Of a stretch of 38,675 bases of DNA, positions 9,033 to 18,367 are shown piece by piece. The notes beneath the pieces were generated by a model that was given only the letters and a program-made list of their open reading frames with translations, was not told the DNA's origin and ran no database searches. Both the position numbers and the translations under genes were made by a program. Positions within the stretch are counted from its first letter, which is position 1. Each line of letters opens with the position of its first letter. The stretch is from Chloroflexota bacterium (GTDB lineage: Bacteria > Chloroflexota > Anaerolineae > B4-G1 > SLSP01), in the NCBI GenBank assembly GCA_022707725.1, contig JAKJAB010000002.1, positions 1 to 38,675 of the forward strand, read 5' to 3'.

Positions 9033-10190
9033 TCAGACTGCCGACACATCTGCAATGGCTGACTGCAAGCGGTCGAGATCAGGGTAGCGGAACAGGTAAG
9101 CATAATGTCCCAATGCAGGTGACAACACTTCGCTCATCGGGCCGTGTTCAGGGATCAGATCACCATAGCGGCGCAACACCTCGGCATGGGACAAACGATA
9201 GGTGCGCGTCCTCCGGCGTCCAACATAGGCGCAATGATAGGGCCGTGCATACTGCATCTTGGAATGGCCAAAAGCCACGATGTTTGCCCACTCCCGGTAA
9301 AGGTCGATGTCATTGGCGTAGTTGAACATATCCATCGTCAAACCGCCCGGCGGACGCATATTGACTTCCAACGCCACCCAGTGTCCATTGTCCAGATGGA
9401 AAAACTCGATGTGGAAGAAGCGCTCGCGCAGGTTGAACGCCGCTACCGCGCGCCGGCCTGCATCCTCAAGGCCCGGGGGAAGCTCGCGCAAGGAATAGTA
9501 GTAGATGTCGAGTCCCTCGTTGACGGTCTCCATAATGCCCTGGCTGAAGAAATGAGACGTGTAGAAGACGATGTTGCCCTCGCGGTCAACCAAACCATCA
9601 AAGGAGTAGAGCGCGCCGGAAACAAAGGCTTCGAGTAAATAATCCGAGGTTGGTTTCGTCGCAAAGAACTGCTCCAGGTCGGCGTCGCTGCGCAGCTTGT
9701 ATGTTCCACTGGCGCCGACGCCCGTATCCGGCTTGGCGACGACCGGATATCCCACCTCGGCGACAAATTTCATGGCCTCGGCGTACGAGTGCGTGACAAG
9801 ACCCGGGGCCACGTCGATACCGACCTGGCTGAAGATGTGCTTCATCTTCGATTTCTGCTTGACCCACGCCAATTCGTCGGACTTGGGGCCAGGGACGTTG
9901 AAATCGGTACGCAGGCGAGCATCCGTCTCCAGCCAATACTCGTTGTGCGACTCGACACGGTCCAGCCTCCCAAAGCGATGCGTGAAGTAGCCACACGCGC
10001 GGATCAAGTCATCATAATGGTGCAGATCGTCCACGCGGTAGTATTCCGAGAGCGCAGACCTCAATTCGAAGCGCAAATCACCGTAAGGTGCATCGCCCAA
10101 TCCCAGAACATTGACGCTGTTCTGGCGCAACGCCACGGCAAAATGATAGTAATTGGTTGGAAAGTAGGGTGACAACAAGACAACGTTCAT
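9033..10190 (-). CDS. ATP-grasp domain protein (carboxylate-amine ligase-like), function unknown
   Basis: 385 aa. YPVVAKPDTGVGASGTYK (ATP-grasp Lys block), LLEAFVSG and HIEFF...ALEVNMRPPGG (Mg/ATP-binding E-x-N). 15-nt gap to the esterase gene. Confidence 0.8.
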   Translation of the reverse strand: MNVVLLSPYFPTNYYHFAVALRQNSVNVLGLGDAPYGDLRFELRSALSEYYRVDDLHHYDDLIRACGYFTHRFGRLDRVESHNEYWLETDARLRTDFNVPGPKSDELAWVKQKSKMKHIFSQVGIDVAPGLVTHSYAEAMKFVAEVGYPVVAKPDTGVGASGTYKLRSDADLEQFFATKPTSDYLLEAFVSGALYSFDGLVDREGNIVFYTSHFFSQGIMETVNEGLDIYYYSLRELPPGLEDAGRRAVAAFNLRERFFHIEFFHLDNGHWVALEVNMRPPGGLTMDMFNYANDIDLYREWANIVAFGHSKMQYARPYHCAYVGRRRTRTYRLSHAEVLRRYGDLIPEHGPMSEVLSPALGHYAYLFRYPDLDRLQSAIADVSAV

Positions 10191-10235
10191 CGCAGCCCTG
10201 CTTCTTCAAACTCTTAAGGGGTGCCCCCCAATAGC

Positions 10236-10269
10236 AAAAATGAGGGGAGAGGGTTATCCCTCGCCCCTC
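10236..10269 (-). terminator. intrinsic terminator after the LysM-PA14 gene
   Basis: GAGGGGAGAGGG (10242-53), loop TTAT, CCCTCGCCCCTC (10258-69) with one mismatch. On the minus strand it is followed by ATTTTTGCT. Confidence 0.7.
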
Positions 10270-10323
10270 AAGATCACAATGTACACTAAGTGATACCTTG
10301 TTTTGGCGAAAAGTCAAACGGCT

Positions 10324-11556
10324 TTAGCGTTTCTCCCACCACACATAGATGAGTGCCTCACCGCCGTCCTCGAAATACTCGACCTGCACTTCGTGCAGAC
10401 CTTTGGTAAGTTGAGCCGTGACGCAGTAGGACAAGCTGTTGGACGGATGCCATTCATCGATGAGGCGCGCGCCATCCACATACAGGCGCACACCATCGTC
10501 GGCCATGGCGCAGAAGGCGTAATTCGCCTTTTCGAAGGCAATCTGGCGCACCCACCGCGCGCTGAAAAAATCCTGTGGGATGCCGGGGGCAGGCGAACCC
10601 AGTTTCCACTCGAAGCCGATGTGCGAGTCCGCGCGGGTGAGGAGAGGCTTGCCGCTCAAGTCCGTATTGCCAAAGTATTCGCCACGCCATGCATCGGTGG
10701 GCGCAGTCGCAGGCGGCGTTGCGGATGGCGCCGGCGTTCCAGGCGCGCTTCCAAGACGGGCGAAGGAAAATACTGCTGTCGCACTTTCGGCTTCGTCAAA
10801 GTACTCGATGGCAATCAGATGATTGCCGGGTGTCAAAGTGACTTCTACCGTGTAGGTCGTCTCTGCTTGCACCCGCCATTGATCGAGCACGAGCTTATCG
10901 TCCACCCGGATGCGCACGCCATCATCGACAACCATCGTGAAGCGGTACAGACCACCCTGGAAGTTGATCGTGCGTGTCCAGCGCACCGAGAAGCGATCGG
11001 TGTTAAGCCGCGTATCCGGAGAGCGCATCCCCCAACGGAAATTTACCGCGGTATCGTTGCGCACAAAGAGCGGCTCGCCGGAGAGGTCGACATTGGCATA
11101 GTAGGCGCCACGCCATTGTCCGGCAGGGGCAGGTATGGGCGTAGGCGCGGGCGCCACGCCAGGGATGACGAGTCGCTGCCCCACATAGATGTGGTTGAGA
11201 TCGTAGATGCCGTTGGCCTGCGCAATGGCCCAGGCTGTGGTCTTGTACAAGCGTGCGATGCTGTATAGGGTATCGCCGGCCTTGACCACATAGACGTTGG
11301 CTGCAGGTGGCGTGGTTGACTTGGCCGGAATGACCAAACGCTGCCCTGCGTAAATCCGATTCGGGTTGACAATGTTGTTTGCGCGCGCCAGGGTCCAAAC
11401 ATCAACGCTGTACATCCGCGCGATGCTGAACAACGTCTGCCCTGGCTGAACTATATGCGTGATTTCACCTGCCGCAACCGGCTGCGCCAAGGCGGCTCCT
11501 GACATTGGAGCCAGCACCAAAGCCAGAATAAACAACGCCCAAAGTAGTTTCTTCAT
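10324..11556 (-). CDS. secreted protein with 2 LysM and 2 PA14-like domains
   Basis: Signal peptide MKKLLWALFILALVLAPMSGAALA, with AGGAGG upstream of ATG 11556. LysM repeats (HIVQPGQTLFSIARMY...YAGQRLVIP; YVVKAGDTLYSIARLY...YVGQRLVIP). Two PA14-like blocks (WRGAYYANVDLSGEPL..., WRGEYFGNTDLSGKPL...). Confidence 0.85.
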   Translation of the reverse strand: MKKLLWALFILALVLAPMSGAALAQPVAAGEITHIVQPGQTLFSIARMYSVDVWTLARANNIVNPNRIYAGQRLVIPAKSTTPPAANVYVVKAGDTLYSIARLYKTTAWAIAQANGIYDLNHIYVGQRLVIPGVAPAPTPIPAPAGQWRGAYYANVDLSGEPLFVRNDTAVNFRWGMRSPDTRLNTDRFSVRWTRTINFQGGLYRFTMVVDDGVRIRVDDKLVLDQWRVQAETTYTVEVTLTPGNHLIAIEYFDEAESATAVFSFARLGSAPGTPAPSATPPATAPTDAWRGEYFGNTDLSGKPLLTRADSHIGFEWKLGSPAPGIPQDFFSARWVRQIAFEKANYAFCAMADDGVRLYVDGARLIDEWHPSNSLSYCVTAQLTKGLHEVQVEYFEDGGEALIYVWWEKR

Positions 11557-11772
11557 CGCTACCCCTCCTATCGAATGTAACTTCTCCTCCATTCATGATA
11601 TACGCGAGTGCACACAAGGTCAAGCAAATAACGCATGTTTAACTAAGGTTTAACTATTTTGGTACTAACCTCCCATATACACTCTTTGGTTTGTGCGATA
11701 TAATGAAGTGATGCAAAAAGTTTTTAAATCGTTATAAAATGCTCGGAATTGGGGTCGTGCGAGGTACATAAC

Positions 11773-12174
11773 GTGGCAAAAATCCTCAGCCTCCATGCTG
11801 AATCCGAAATTCTCGGCCTGCTTCACATCATCCTTGAGCGAGCAGGCCATGAGCATTTATTCACGACCAATTCCAGAACCGCATTAAGTATCTTGCAAAA
11901 AGAAAATATCGATTTGTTCATCCAAAACTTGATGCGCTCGGACATCAATGGCTGCGAGTTCTACACCATGATGCAGGAGGACAAACGTCTCCGGCGCATC
12001 CCCGTCCTCATCACCAGCGCCATCAACCCTTTGACTTACCCGGAGCTATGTCATCGCGTCATCCAGGACCTTTATCCCAATCATTACCTCTTGATGCCAT
12101 TTGGCCCACAACAGCTCATATCCACAACAAACCAGATTCTCTCCGAGACGGCTGCATTCACGGCGGCGCACTGA
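11773..12174 (+). CDS. stand-alone pseudo-receiver (REC-fold protein lacking the phospho-acceptor residues)
   Basis: REC topology is readable: KILSLHAESEI (beta1), IDLFIQNLMRSDINGCEF (beta3), IPVLITSA (beta4), YLLMPF (beta5). Start is uncertain: GTG 11773 with GAGGT 7 nt upstream, or the tracked TTG at 11749. Confidence 0.6.
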   Translation: MAKILSLHAESEILGLLHIILERAGHEHLFTTNSRTALSILQKENIDLFIQNLMRSDINGCEFYTMMQEDKRLRRIPVLITSAINPLTYPELCHRVIQDLYPNHYLLMPFGPQQLISTTNQILSETAAFTAAH

Positions 12175-12302
12175 CACACGCCGATTTCCCTATCACCCCA
12201 GTTGTGCTACAATAGTGTCTGTTGGCTAAGTGACCTCGGCGAAGGCTACGGTTGGGCGCGGCTTTCGCCCGGCACATTTGCCGGGGACAATGACCGACAA
12301 AG

Positions 12303-12331
12303 TTGCCCGCGCAGTTAAAAAGTGGTATAAT
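12303..12331 (+). promoter_or_regulatory. sigma70-like promoter for ychF
   Basis: TTGCCC (12303-08), 17-nt spacer, TATAAT (12326-31), 36 nt upstream of the ychF ATG. A second extended -10 (TGCTACAAT, 12205-13) lies ~115 nt further upstream. Confidence 0.5.
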
Positions 12332-12367
12332 ACCTGCGTCAGTCAATGACAAGTTAAGGAGCTGCTT

Positions 12368-13450
12368 ATGGAACTGGGGATCATCGGGTTACCATCTAGC
12401 GGGAAAACAACCGTTTTCAACGCACTCACAGGAGCCGACCGCCCCACAACCGTCGCTTCCAGTGGACGTCTGGAACTTTACAGCATGGTGGTCGATGTCC
12501 CAGATGTACGCGTGGATACGCTGAGCAAGCTGTACAACCCACGCAAGACCATCTACGCCAAAGTTACCTTTACAGACGTCGGCGGTCTGGACCAGGATTT
12601 GGGCAAGACCGGGCTGACCGGCGAATTGCGCAACAAGATTGCGCCGATGGATGCGTTCGTCCACGTCGTGCGTGCCTTCGAAAATGACCTTGTCCCTCAC
12701 CTGTCCGGCAGCATCAACCCGCAACGAGATGTGGCTATGCTGGATAACGAATTCCTGCTGGCTGACATGTTGACCGTTGAAAATCGCCTGGCGCGCATCG
12801 AGGAAGGGCTGCACAAAGGCGCGCGTGGCGATGAGCGCAAAGCTTTACAGGAAAATCAGGAGCTTTTCCATCGCCTGCAAGCTGCGCTAAACGTAGAGAT
12901 GCCACTGCGCGACCTCGACCTCACCGCAGAAGAAGTCGCCGGGCTGCGAGGCTTTAGCCTGTTGACCCTCAAACCGGTGTTGGTCTTGCTCAACGCAGGC
13001 GAAGACCTCATCGATCCCGCGGAAACCCTCACTTACGACCACAAACAGTCGACGGTACTCGCAATGCAAGGCAAGCTCGAGATGGAGATCAGCCAGCTAA
13101 GCGCAGAGGAAGCCACCGATTTCATGGAAGAATTCGGCATCACCGAACTGGCGCGCACGCGCGTGATTCAGGCTTCTTATCAACTCGTCGGACTACAGTC
13201 GTTTTTCACGGTGGGTGAGGACGAGGTGCGCGCCTGGAACGTGCGCGTCGGCGCGCACGCGCAGGAAGCGGCCGGTGTCATCCACACGGATCTGGCCCGC
13301 GGGTTCATTCGCGCCGAAGTGATCTCCTACACCGATCACATCGCCGAAGGGACAATGGTGGCCGCTCGCAAGGTTGGCAAAGTTCATCTGGAAGGCAAGG
13401 ATTACATCGTACAGGACGGCGATATCATGCACGTGCGCTTTTCGATATAA
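12368..13450 (+). CDS. ychF: redox-regulated ATPase YchF (Obg-like)
   Basis: MELGIIGLPSSGKTTVFNALTGA (P-loop), FTDVGGL, and a C-terminal TGS-like end ...KDYIVQDGDIMHVRFSI. AAGGAG RBS. Confidence 0.95.
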   Translation: MELGIIGLPSSGKTTVFNALTGADRPTTVASSGRLELYSMVVDVPDVRVDTLSKLYNPRKTIYAKVTFTDVGGLDQDLGKTGLTGELRNKIAPMDAFVHVVRAFENDLVPHLSGSINPQRDVAMLDNEFLLADMLTVENRLARIEEGLHKGARGDERKALQENQELFHRLQAALNVEMPLRDLDLTAEEVAGLRGFSLLTLKPVLVLLNAGEDLIDPAETLTYDHKQSTVLAMQGKLEMEISQLSAEEATDFMEEFGITELARTRVIQASYQLVGLQSFFTVGEDEVRAWNVRVGAHAQEAAGVIHTDLARGFIRAEVISYTDHIAEGTMVAARKVGKVHLEGKDYIVQDGDIMHVRFSI

Positions 13451-13467
13451 TCGACAAATTTGAAATA

Positions 13468-15381
13468 ATGAACAAGAAAACGACGAAACAAAAACGCACC
13501 CGAGAGGACACACACGCTCAAGATGCCCCTCCGGAGAAGATTACCCGCAAACGAACGCGCTTGTCCGACCCTAAAGCGGTGCGTCCGGAGCAAAGCACTG
13601 AAACGGTGCTAAGCGAGTCGGAGATCAAGATTGAATCGCTCTTTATCAGCCTGCGATGGCTGTTTCTCCTTACCGTTGCCGGCGTCATCGGCATCAACAC
13701 TATGTTCAGAGCCGAGGAATTCCCGAGCGCTATCATCGCCTTGCTCATTGTTGGCGGCGTTGCCAACATCATCGCCACGATTACCCTGTTCAAGAATGCG
13801 TTAAGCAAGGCGATTCAAAACGTCATGCTGATCCAAGACATCGGCCTGACATTGGGATTCATCGCTGGTTCGGGAGGCGCCGAAAGCTCGCTGCTCTTTG
13901 TATCACTGATCCCGATCGTAACAGCAGCTTTGCGGTTCAGGCGACTCTATGGTCTTGTCGTGGTACTGGGTATCGTCATCGCGTATTGGGACATCACGTG
14001 GAACCAGCAAAAATTCTCGATGACGATGCCTCTGAGCGAGTTGACATTACGTGCATTGCCCTATCTCATCAATGGGATGATTCTCCTGTTGGCGGGCGGG
14101 GCCTTGAGCCAGATTGGCGTGCGCATCAAACAGGCGCTGATCACCGATCGTGAAAAGCAGGAACACGAGGCGCAGACCGCGCTCGAGTCCGCCCACCAAA
14201 AAGTCCGCCTGATCTTCGAACTGGCCAGTACTTTGAGCGCCACACTCAACTACGAACGCGTGCTGGAAGCAGCGCTGGATGTAAGTAACGCTGGCTTACG
14301 AGAATTCTTCTCGGGCGACAAAGAGATCACTCAGGTAGGGATGATCCTGCTTTTCGGGATGGACCAAACGCTCTACGTCGCTAAGGCCAGGGGGATCGCG
14401 TCACAGGACGAACGTCTGCGGCTACCGGCACAAAGCGGTGTGCTCGCCGTAGCCATCGAGAAAACAGATCCTGTGATCATCGATGACCCCAGAGAAGACC
14501 CCGAATTGGCAAAAATCGTCGCGATGTATGGCTGCAAGCAAGCCATCGTCGTGCCGTTACGGGCCGGATTCGAGAGCTACGGTTTGTTGGTGTTGGGCAG
14601 CCCAGAACCCGAAACCTATTCGCCGGATTTCCAGGACTTGCTCGTCGCCATCTGTAACCAGGCCGTGATGGCGATACAAAATGCCAACCTCTATCAAAAC
14701 CTGATGGAAGAGAAGGACCGGCTGGTGACGGTTGAAGAAGACGCGCGCAAAAAACTGGCGCGCAATCTCCACGATGGCCCCACCCAGACGATTGCCGCTA
14801 TCGCGATGCGGCTCAACTATATCCGTATGTTGGTCGAACGCGAGCCGGAGAAATCCCTGGACGAACTCAAACAACTGGAAGAACTGGCGCGCAAGACCAC
14901 CAAAGAAATCCGGCAGATGTTGTTCACTTTGCGGCCGCTCATCCTGGAAACACAGGGGCTCATCCCTGCTTTGGAACAACTCAAGCAAAAGGTCAGCGAA
15001 ACGGACCCGCTCCCGGTCATCCATCTCGAATTGAACAAAGAGGCCGAAGCGTTGCTCAACAAAGAAGCGCAAGGCGCCATCTTCTACATCACCGACGAGG
15101 CGACAACCAACGTGCGCAAATACGCCAAAGCGAAAAATTTATGGATTCGCCTCAGCCAACGCGGAATGAACGTCATTGCTGAAATCGAGGATGACGGCAT
15201 AGGATTCAATGTCGCCGCGATGGAGGCGAACTACGCCAACCGTGGCAGCCTGGGGATGATCAACCTGCGCGAGCGCGCCATGCTGGTCAAAGGTAAAACG
15301 GTCATCAAATCTGCACCGGGACAAGGAACCAAAGTCACCGTTACCATCCCGGTCGCTTCGCCGGACGAAAGTAACTATTGA
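13468..15381 (+). CDS. membrane sensor histidine kinase, GAF + HisKA_3 + HATPase_c (NarX/LiaS type)
   Basis: Basic N-terminal tail followed by ~5 TM helices. GAF-like region (...CKQAIVVPLRAGFESYGLLVLGS...). H-box ARNLHDGPTQTIAAI (HisKA_3). N/G boxes (TNVRKYA, EDDGIGF, GSLGMINLRERA). Confidence 0.9.
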   Translation: MNKKTTKQKRTREDTHAQDAPPEKITRKRTRLSDPKAVRPEQSTETVLSESEIKIESLFISLRWLFLLTVAGVIGINTMFRAEEFPSAIIALLIVGGVANIIATITLFKNALSKAIQNVMLIQDIGLTLGFIAGSGGAESSLLFVSLIPIVTAALRFRRLYGLVVVLGIVIAYWDITWNQQKFSMTMPLSELTLRALPYLINGMILLLAGGALSQIGVRIKQALITDREKQEHEAQTALESAHQKVRLIFELASTLSATLNYERVLEAALDVSNAGLREFFSGDKEITQVGMILLFGMDQTLYVAKARGIASQDERLRLPAQSGVLAVAIEKTDPVIIDDPREDPELAKIVAMYGCKQAIVVPLRAGFESYGLLVLGSPEPETYSPDFQDLLVAICNQAVMAIQNANLYQNLMEEKDRLVTVEEDARKKLARNLHDGPTQTIAAIAMRLNYIRMLVEREPEKSLDELKQLEELARKTTKEIRQMLFTLRPLILETQGLIPALEQLKQKVSETDPLPVIHLELNKEAEALLNKEAQGAIFYITDEATTNVRKYAKAKNLWIRLSQRGMNVIAEIEDDGIGFNVAAMEANYANRGSLGMINLRERAMLVKGKTVIKSAPGQGTKVTVTIPVASPDESNY

Positions 15382-16127
15382 GCACCGAAACCGCCTTACT
15401 CGAACGCTGGGTGTGGTTGAATGTTTCGTTGGTGATTGCTTTGCTTGCCAGCGCCCTCCGGTGGTTCCTGGAACGCCCTCACCTGCGGGAACAGCGCCGC
15501 ACGAATCCGTCTCCCACCTCGTATCGCGCTGTGTGGGAGATGCCCTGGATCATCCACCCCTTGCGGTTGCTCTACGCCGTCGGGATACCGGCACTGGCGC
15601 TGCTGTGGCGCGGCGTGTTAACGCCTAGTGGCCTGGGACTCAAGCCATTCTTCTGGACCGCCGCCCAGACGCTTTCCACGTTATCCGGCAGTTGGGATAG
15701 CTGGGTGCGCGATCTCGGCTGGACATGCGCGTTTGCGGGTGGCTTCTGGGTGCTCGTGGCCCTGGCTGATCGAACGGCCAAGCGCCTGTCGCCGCCGCGC
15801 GAAACGCGGCACAGCTTGAGTGCGGCGCTGCGTGAAGCTGTATACCACCAGGTGCATTGGGCGTTTTACCGCGAGCCTTTTGTGCTACTGTTCGGTGTGG
15901 GAATGGGGGCTTGGCTTGGCCTGGTGCCTGTCGCCGGCGAAGCCTTGCTCAATCCAGCGCGATGGACTGAACTGCAATCCCCCCCACGCGGACGCGATCT
16001 CCTGATTCGCGTGGGCTTGGCGGTCTTGAGCGCCATGCTCTTCATCCAAACACAAAACCTGTGGCTGATGTTACTCGCCGACACGGCTCTGGCCTGGATT
16101 CTAGGTCAAAAGCACGAAACACAGTAA
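15378..16127 (+). CDS. hypothetical polytopic membrane protein
   Basis: 249 aa with ~6 hydrophobic segments. TTG start overlaps the kinase stop (TTGA). No family confidently recognised; REAVYHQVHWAFYRE only vaguely resembles CPBP motifs. Confidence 0.55.
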   Translation: MSTETALLERWVWLNVSLVIALLASALRWFLERPHLREQRRTNPSPTSYRAVWEMPWIIHPLRLLYAVGIPALALLWRGVLTPSGLGLKPFFWTAAQTLSTLSGSWDSWVRDLGWTCAFAGGFWVLVALADRTAKRLSPPRETRHSLSAALREAVYHQVHWAFYREPFVLLFGVGMGAWLGLVPVAGEALLNPARWTELQSPPRGRDLLIRVGLAVLSAMLFIQTQNLWLMLLADTALAWILGQKHETQ

Positions 16128-16157
16128 ACCGTTCGATGCGCTATACGCTATAACGCA

Positions 16158-16186
16158 GACAGGGGTGGCTTTTCGCCACCCCTGTC
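16158..16186. terminator. GC-rich hairpin between convergent genes
   Basis: Perfect 12-bp stem GACAGGGGTGGC / GCCACCCCTGTC with loop TTTTC. It sits between the + gene ending at 16127 and the - gene ending at 16205. U-tracts are weak on both strands. Confidence 0.6.
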
Positions 16187-16204
16187 GCACGTTGAAATCT
16201 GCGC

Positions 16205-16465
16205 TTATACCACAACAAACGCCAGGACAACGAGCAATGCCAACATCGCCGCCGCCAGCCAGGCAATCTTCTTGAGGTCGGTTAACACGTAGTGATATTC
16301 CACTGCTAGGTCCTCGTCAGCCGGCTGCGCGGCGACGGCGACCACCCGCGCTGCCGGGACAACCGTCGCAGACGGCCTAGCTGCATTATCCATCCCAGGC
16401 TGATAAAGCTGGCGCTCGGAAAGGCGTGGCCTTCCGTTGCTGCGCTTTTTCGTCTTCTTTGCCAT
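16205..16465 (-). CDS. small tail-anchored membrane protein (86 aa), hypothetical
   Basis: MAKKTKKRSNGRPR... basic N-terminus with a single C-terminal TM (IAWLAAAMLALLVVLAFVVV). AAGGAG/GAGG lies upstream of ATG 16465. Located downstream of the sortase on the same strand. Confidence 0.5.
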   Translation of the reverse strand: MAKKTKKRSNGRPRLSERQLYQPGMDNAARPSATVVPAARVVAVAAQPADEDLAVEYHYVLTDLKKIAWLAAAMLALLVVLAFVVV

Positions 16466-16543
16466 TTTCCTCACTCCTTATCCGTAATCAGGCTCTATTG
16501 TCCCTCAGTCGGCGATTTTGGCAAGCGTGCAACCGTCGGTCAG

Positions 16544-17497
16544 CTATGGCTTCAACGCCGCGATCACGACGATACGGTGACTATCGATGCCGTAGGGATA
16601 GCAAGAGATCAACGTCAGTACCGGACTGCTCGTCGGGGCCATCACACTCACCTCGGTCGGTTCGATGATGCGCGTCTGCTCGACAACGTAGCGATAGGCT
16701 TGCGTCTGGGTGTGCAGACGAATCTCGTCGCCAATGTTCATCTTCGGCAAGTCCCGGAAAATCTCGCCATAAATATCGTTGTGCGCCGAGATGACGCAGT
16801 TCCCGCGCTCGCCGGGATTCGCGCTGCCAATATGATGACCTGCGCCCATTTTGAGCGATTCCCAATCGTCCCCCTTGACGACCGGCGCATCCACAGCGAT
16901 GACTGGGATAACGATACGTTGGGGATGTTCCGGGCCAGGCGTGGGCACAGGTAATGGCGTGATTTGCGCCACCAACCCCTGCAAGTGCGCCGGAATCGGC
17001 GCCGGTTCTGAGTTGCGTTGCGCATCCGGCGGGGTATGCCCACCGGGCAGCACCACCACCCCGATGAAGGGAGCGGGCGTGGAGGTCGGCGGCGTCTGGT
17101 TGGCCCGGCTTTCCTCGTTGATCCCCTGTACTGTCGTGACCATGCGCGCCACAATCAGCACAAAACCCAACAGCGCCAACACTTCCACCAGCAGCAACAG
17201 CCGGTCCGCGATCCAGCGCCACTTGATCGGACGGTGACGAGGCTCGCGTTTGAGCTTGCCTGGCTCGACGACGGCACTGTAGCGCGGGATACAACTCGTA
17301 TCGCGCGCTGCCGGCCGTGCCGCATCGAGGGGTAGCACCGGAGGCACAGTTTGATCCCGGAGCGGATCAACAGGCTTGACAACGCTCGCCGCCGACTTGC
17401 CTTGCATGCGTCTCAAGCGCTCCTCGCGCCGTCGCACCTGCAACACTTCTTCCAGCTCTTCCAGCGACAGCTCATCTACATAACGATGGTCTTTCAT
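16544..17497 (-). CDS. sortase-family transpeptidase with a long cytoplasmic N-terminus and a TM anchor
   Basis: Catalytic triad context: VISAHNDIYG (His), VLTLISCYP (TLxTC Cys) and SHRIVV (Arg). TM segment LLLLVEVLALLGFVLIVARMV. Confidence 0.85.
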   Translation of the reverse strand: MKDHRYVDELSLEELEEVLQVRRREERLRRMQGKSAASVVKPVDPLRDQTVPPVLPLDAARPAARDTSCIPRYSAVVEPGKLKREPRHRPIKWRWIADRLLLLVEVLALLGFVLIVARMVTTVQGINEESRANQTPPTSTPAPFIGVVVLPGGHTPPDAQRNSEPAPIPAHLQGLVAQITPLPVPTPGPEHPQRIVIPVIAVDAPVVKGDDWESLKMGAGHHIGSANPGERGNCVISAHNDIYGEIFRDLPKMNIGDEIRLHTQTQAYRYVVEQTRIIEPTEVSVMAPTSSPVLTLISCYPYGIDSHRIVVIAALKP

Positions 17498-17512
17498 TTT
17501 TCCCTTACGTTT

Positions 17513-18316
17513 TCACTTTTCTCCTACAGCGAAGACTTCACGTTCGAAGAACCAGCTAAACGGCGGCACACTGAACAACAGCCAACGCGCCAACCGGAAG
17601 ATAACGTTCTCCTGCCGGTGCTGCGGCGGCGTGCTCAACCACGATTTCACGTCGCGGAAACCACTCCGGCGCAAATTCCGCCCCAGGCTGAACATCGATT
17701 GCTCGTTGACATGCACGTGGACGTTTTCGGGGATGATCTCGCGCGGGTTTTTCGGATAGCGCGCGCCCTGCCCCATCAACACTCGCACCAGGCGGACCAC
17801 GGGATAAGCGTACCGGTCGTACCACACGTTCGGCGCTGTGTGGACGATGATCCGTCCGCCAGGTTTGAGCACGCGGCGCGCCTCGGTGAGGGCCAGCGCC
17901 AGTTCCGGCGGATAGAGATGCTCAACGATATCGAACATCAGCACCCGGTCGAACGTCTCTGCCTCGAAGGGCAAGTATAACGCCGACGCCTGGTAGACAC
18001 GCGCCGTCCCACCCTGCTCGACGACCTCAGCCGCAATCCGGCGCGAAAGGCGCACGGCAGCCAGGGCGTAATCAATGCCAAATGCACGCGCGCCCAGATG
18101 AGCCGTATGACGCAGCATCTCGCCGCGCCCACACCCAACATCCAGCACCGCCATCCCCGGCGCGATGCCGGCGACAGCCACAGCCTCGGTCAGGCGTTGC
18201 GAAAGGTAAGCCCCCTCGCTGGACAGAAATTCCTGGTATCCCTCACACACGCCCAGGAAGTAGTGCTCAGTGTACAAGGTCGAAGGAACGGCGCCGGAAG
18301 AAAGTTTGTCAGTCAT
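17513..18316 (-). CDS. class I SAM-dependent methyltransferase
   Basis: Motif I VLDVGCGRGEM, motif II/III region FDRVLMFDIVEHL, and LKPGGRIIV. 15-nt gap to the sortase gene. Confidence 0.85.
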   Translation of the reverse strand: MTDKLSSGAVPSTLYTEHYFLGVCEGYQEFLSSEGAYLSQRLTEAVAVAGIAPGMAVLDVGCGRGEMLRHTAHLGARAFGIDYALAAVRLSRRIAAEVVEQGGTARVYQASALYLPFEAETFDRVLMFDIVEHLYPPELALALTEARRVLKPGGRIIVHTAPNVWYDRYAYPVVRLVRVLMGQGARYPKNPREIIPENVHVHVNEQSMFSLGRNLRRSGFRDVKSWLSTPPQHRQENVIFRLARWLLFSVPPFSWFFEREVFAVGEK

Positions 18317-18367
18317 CAGTTATTAGTCCGAGATCCAAAGTCGAATGGCAAAGAGAACCGCTGCATC

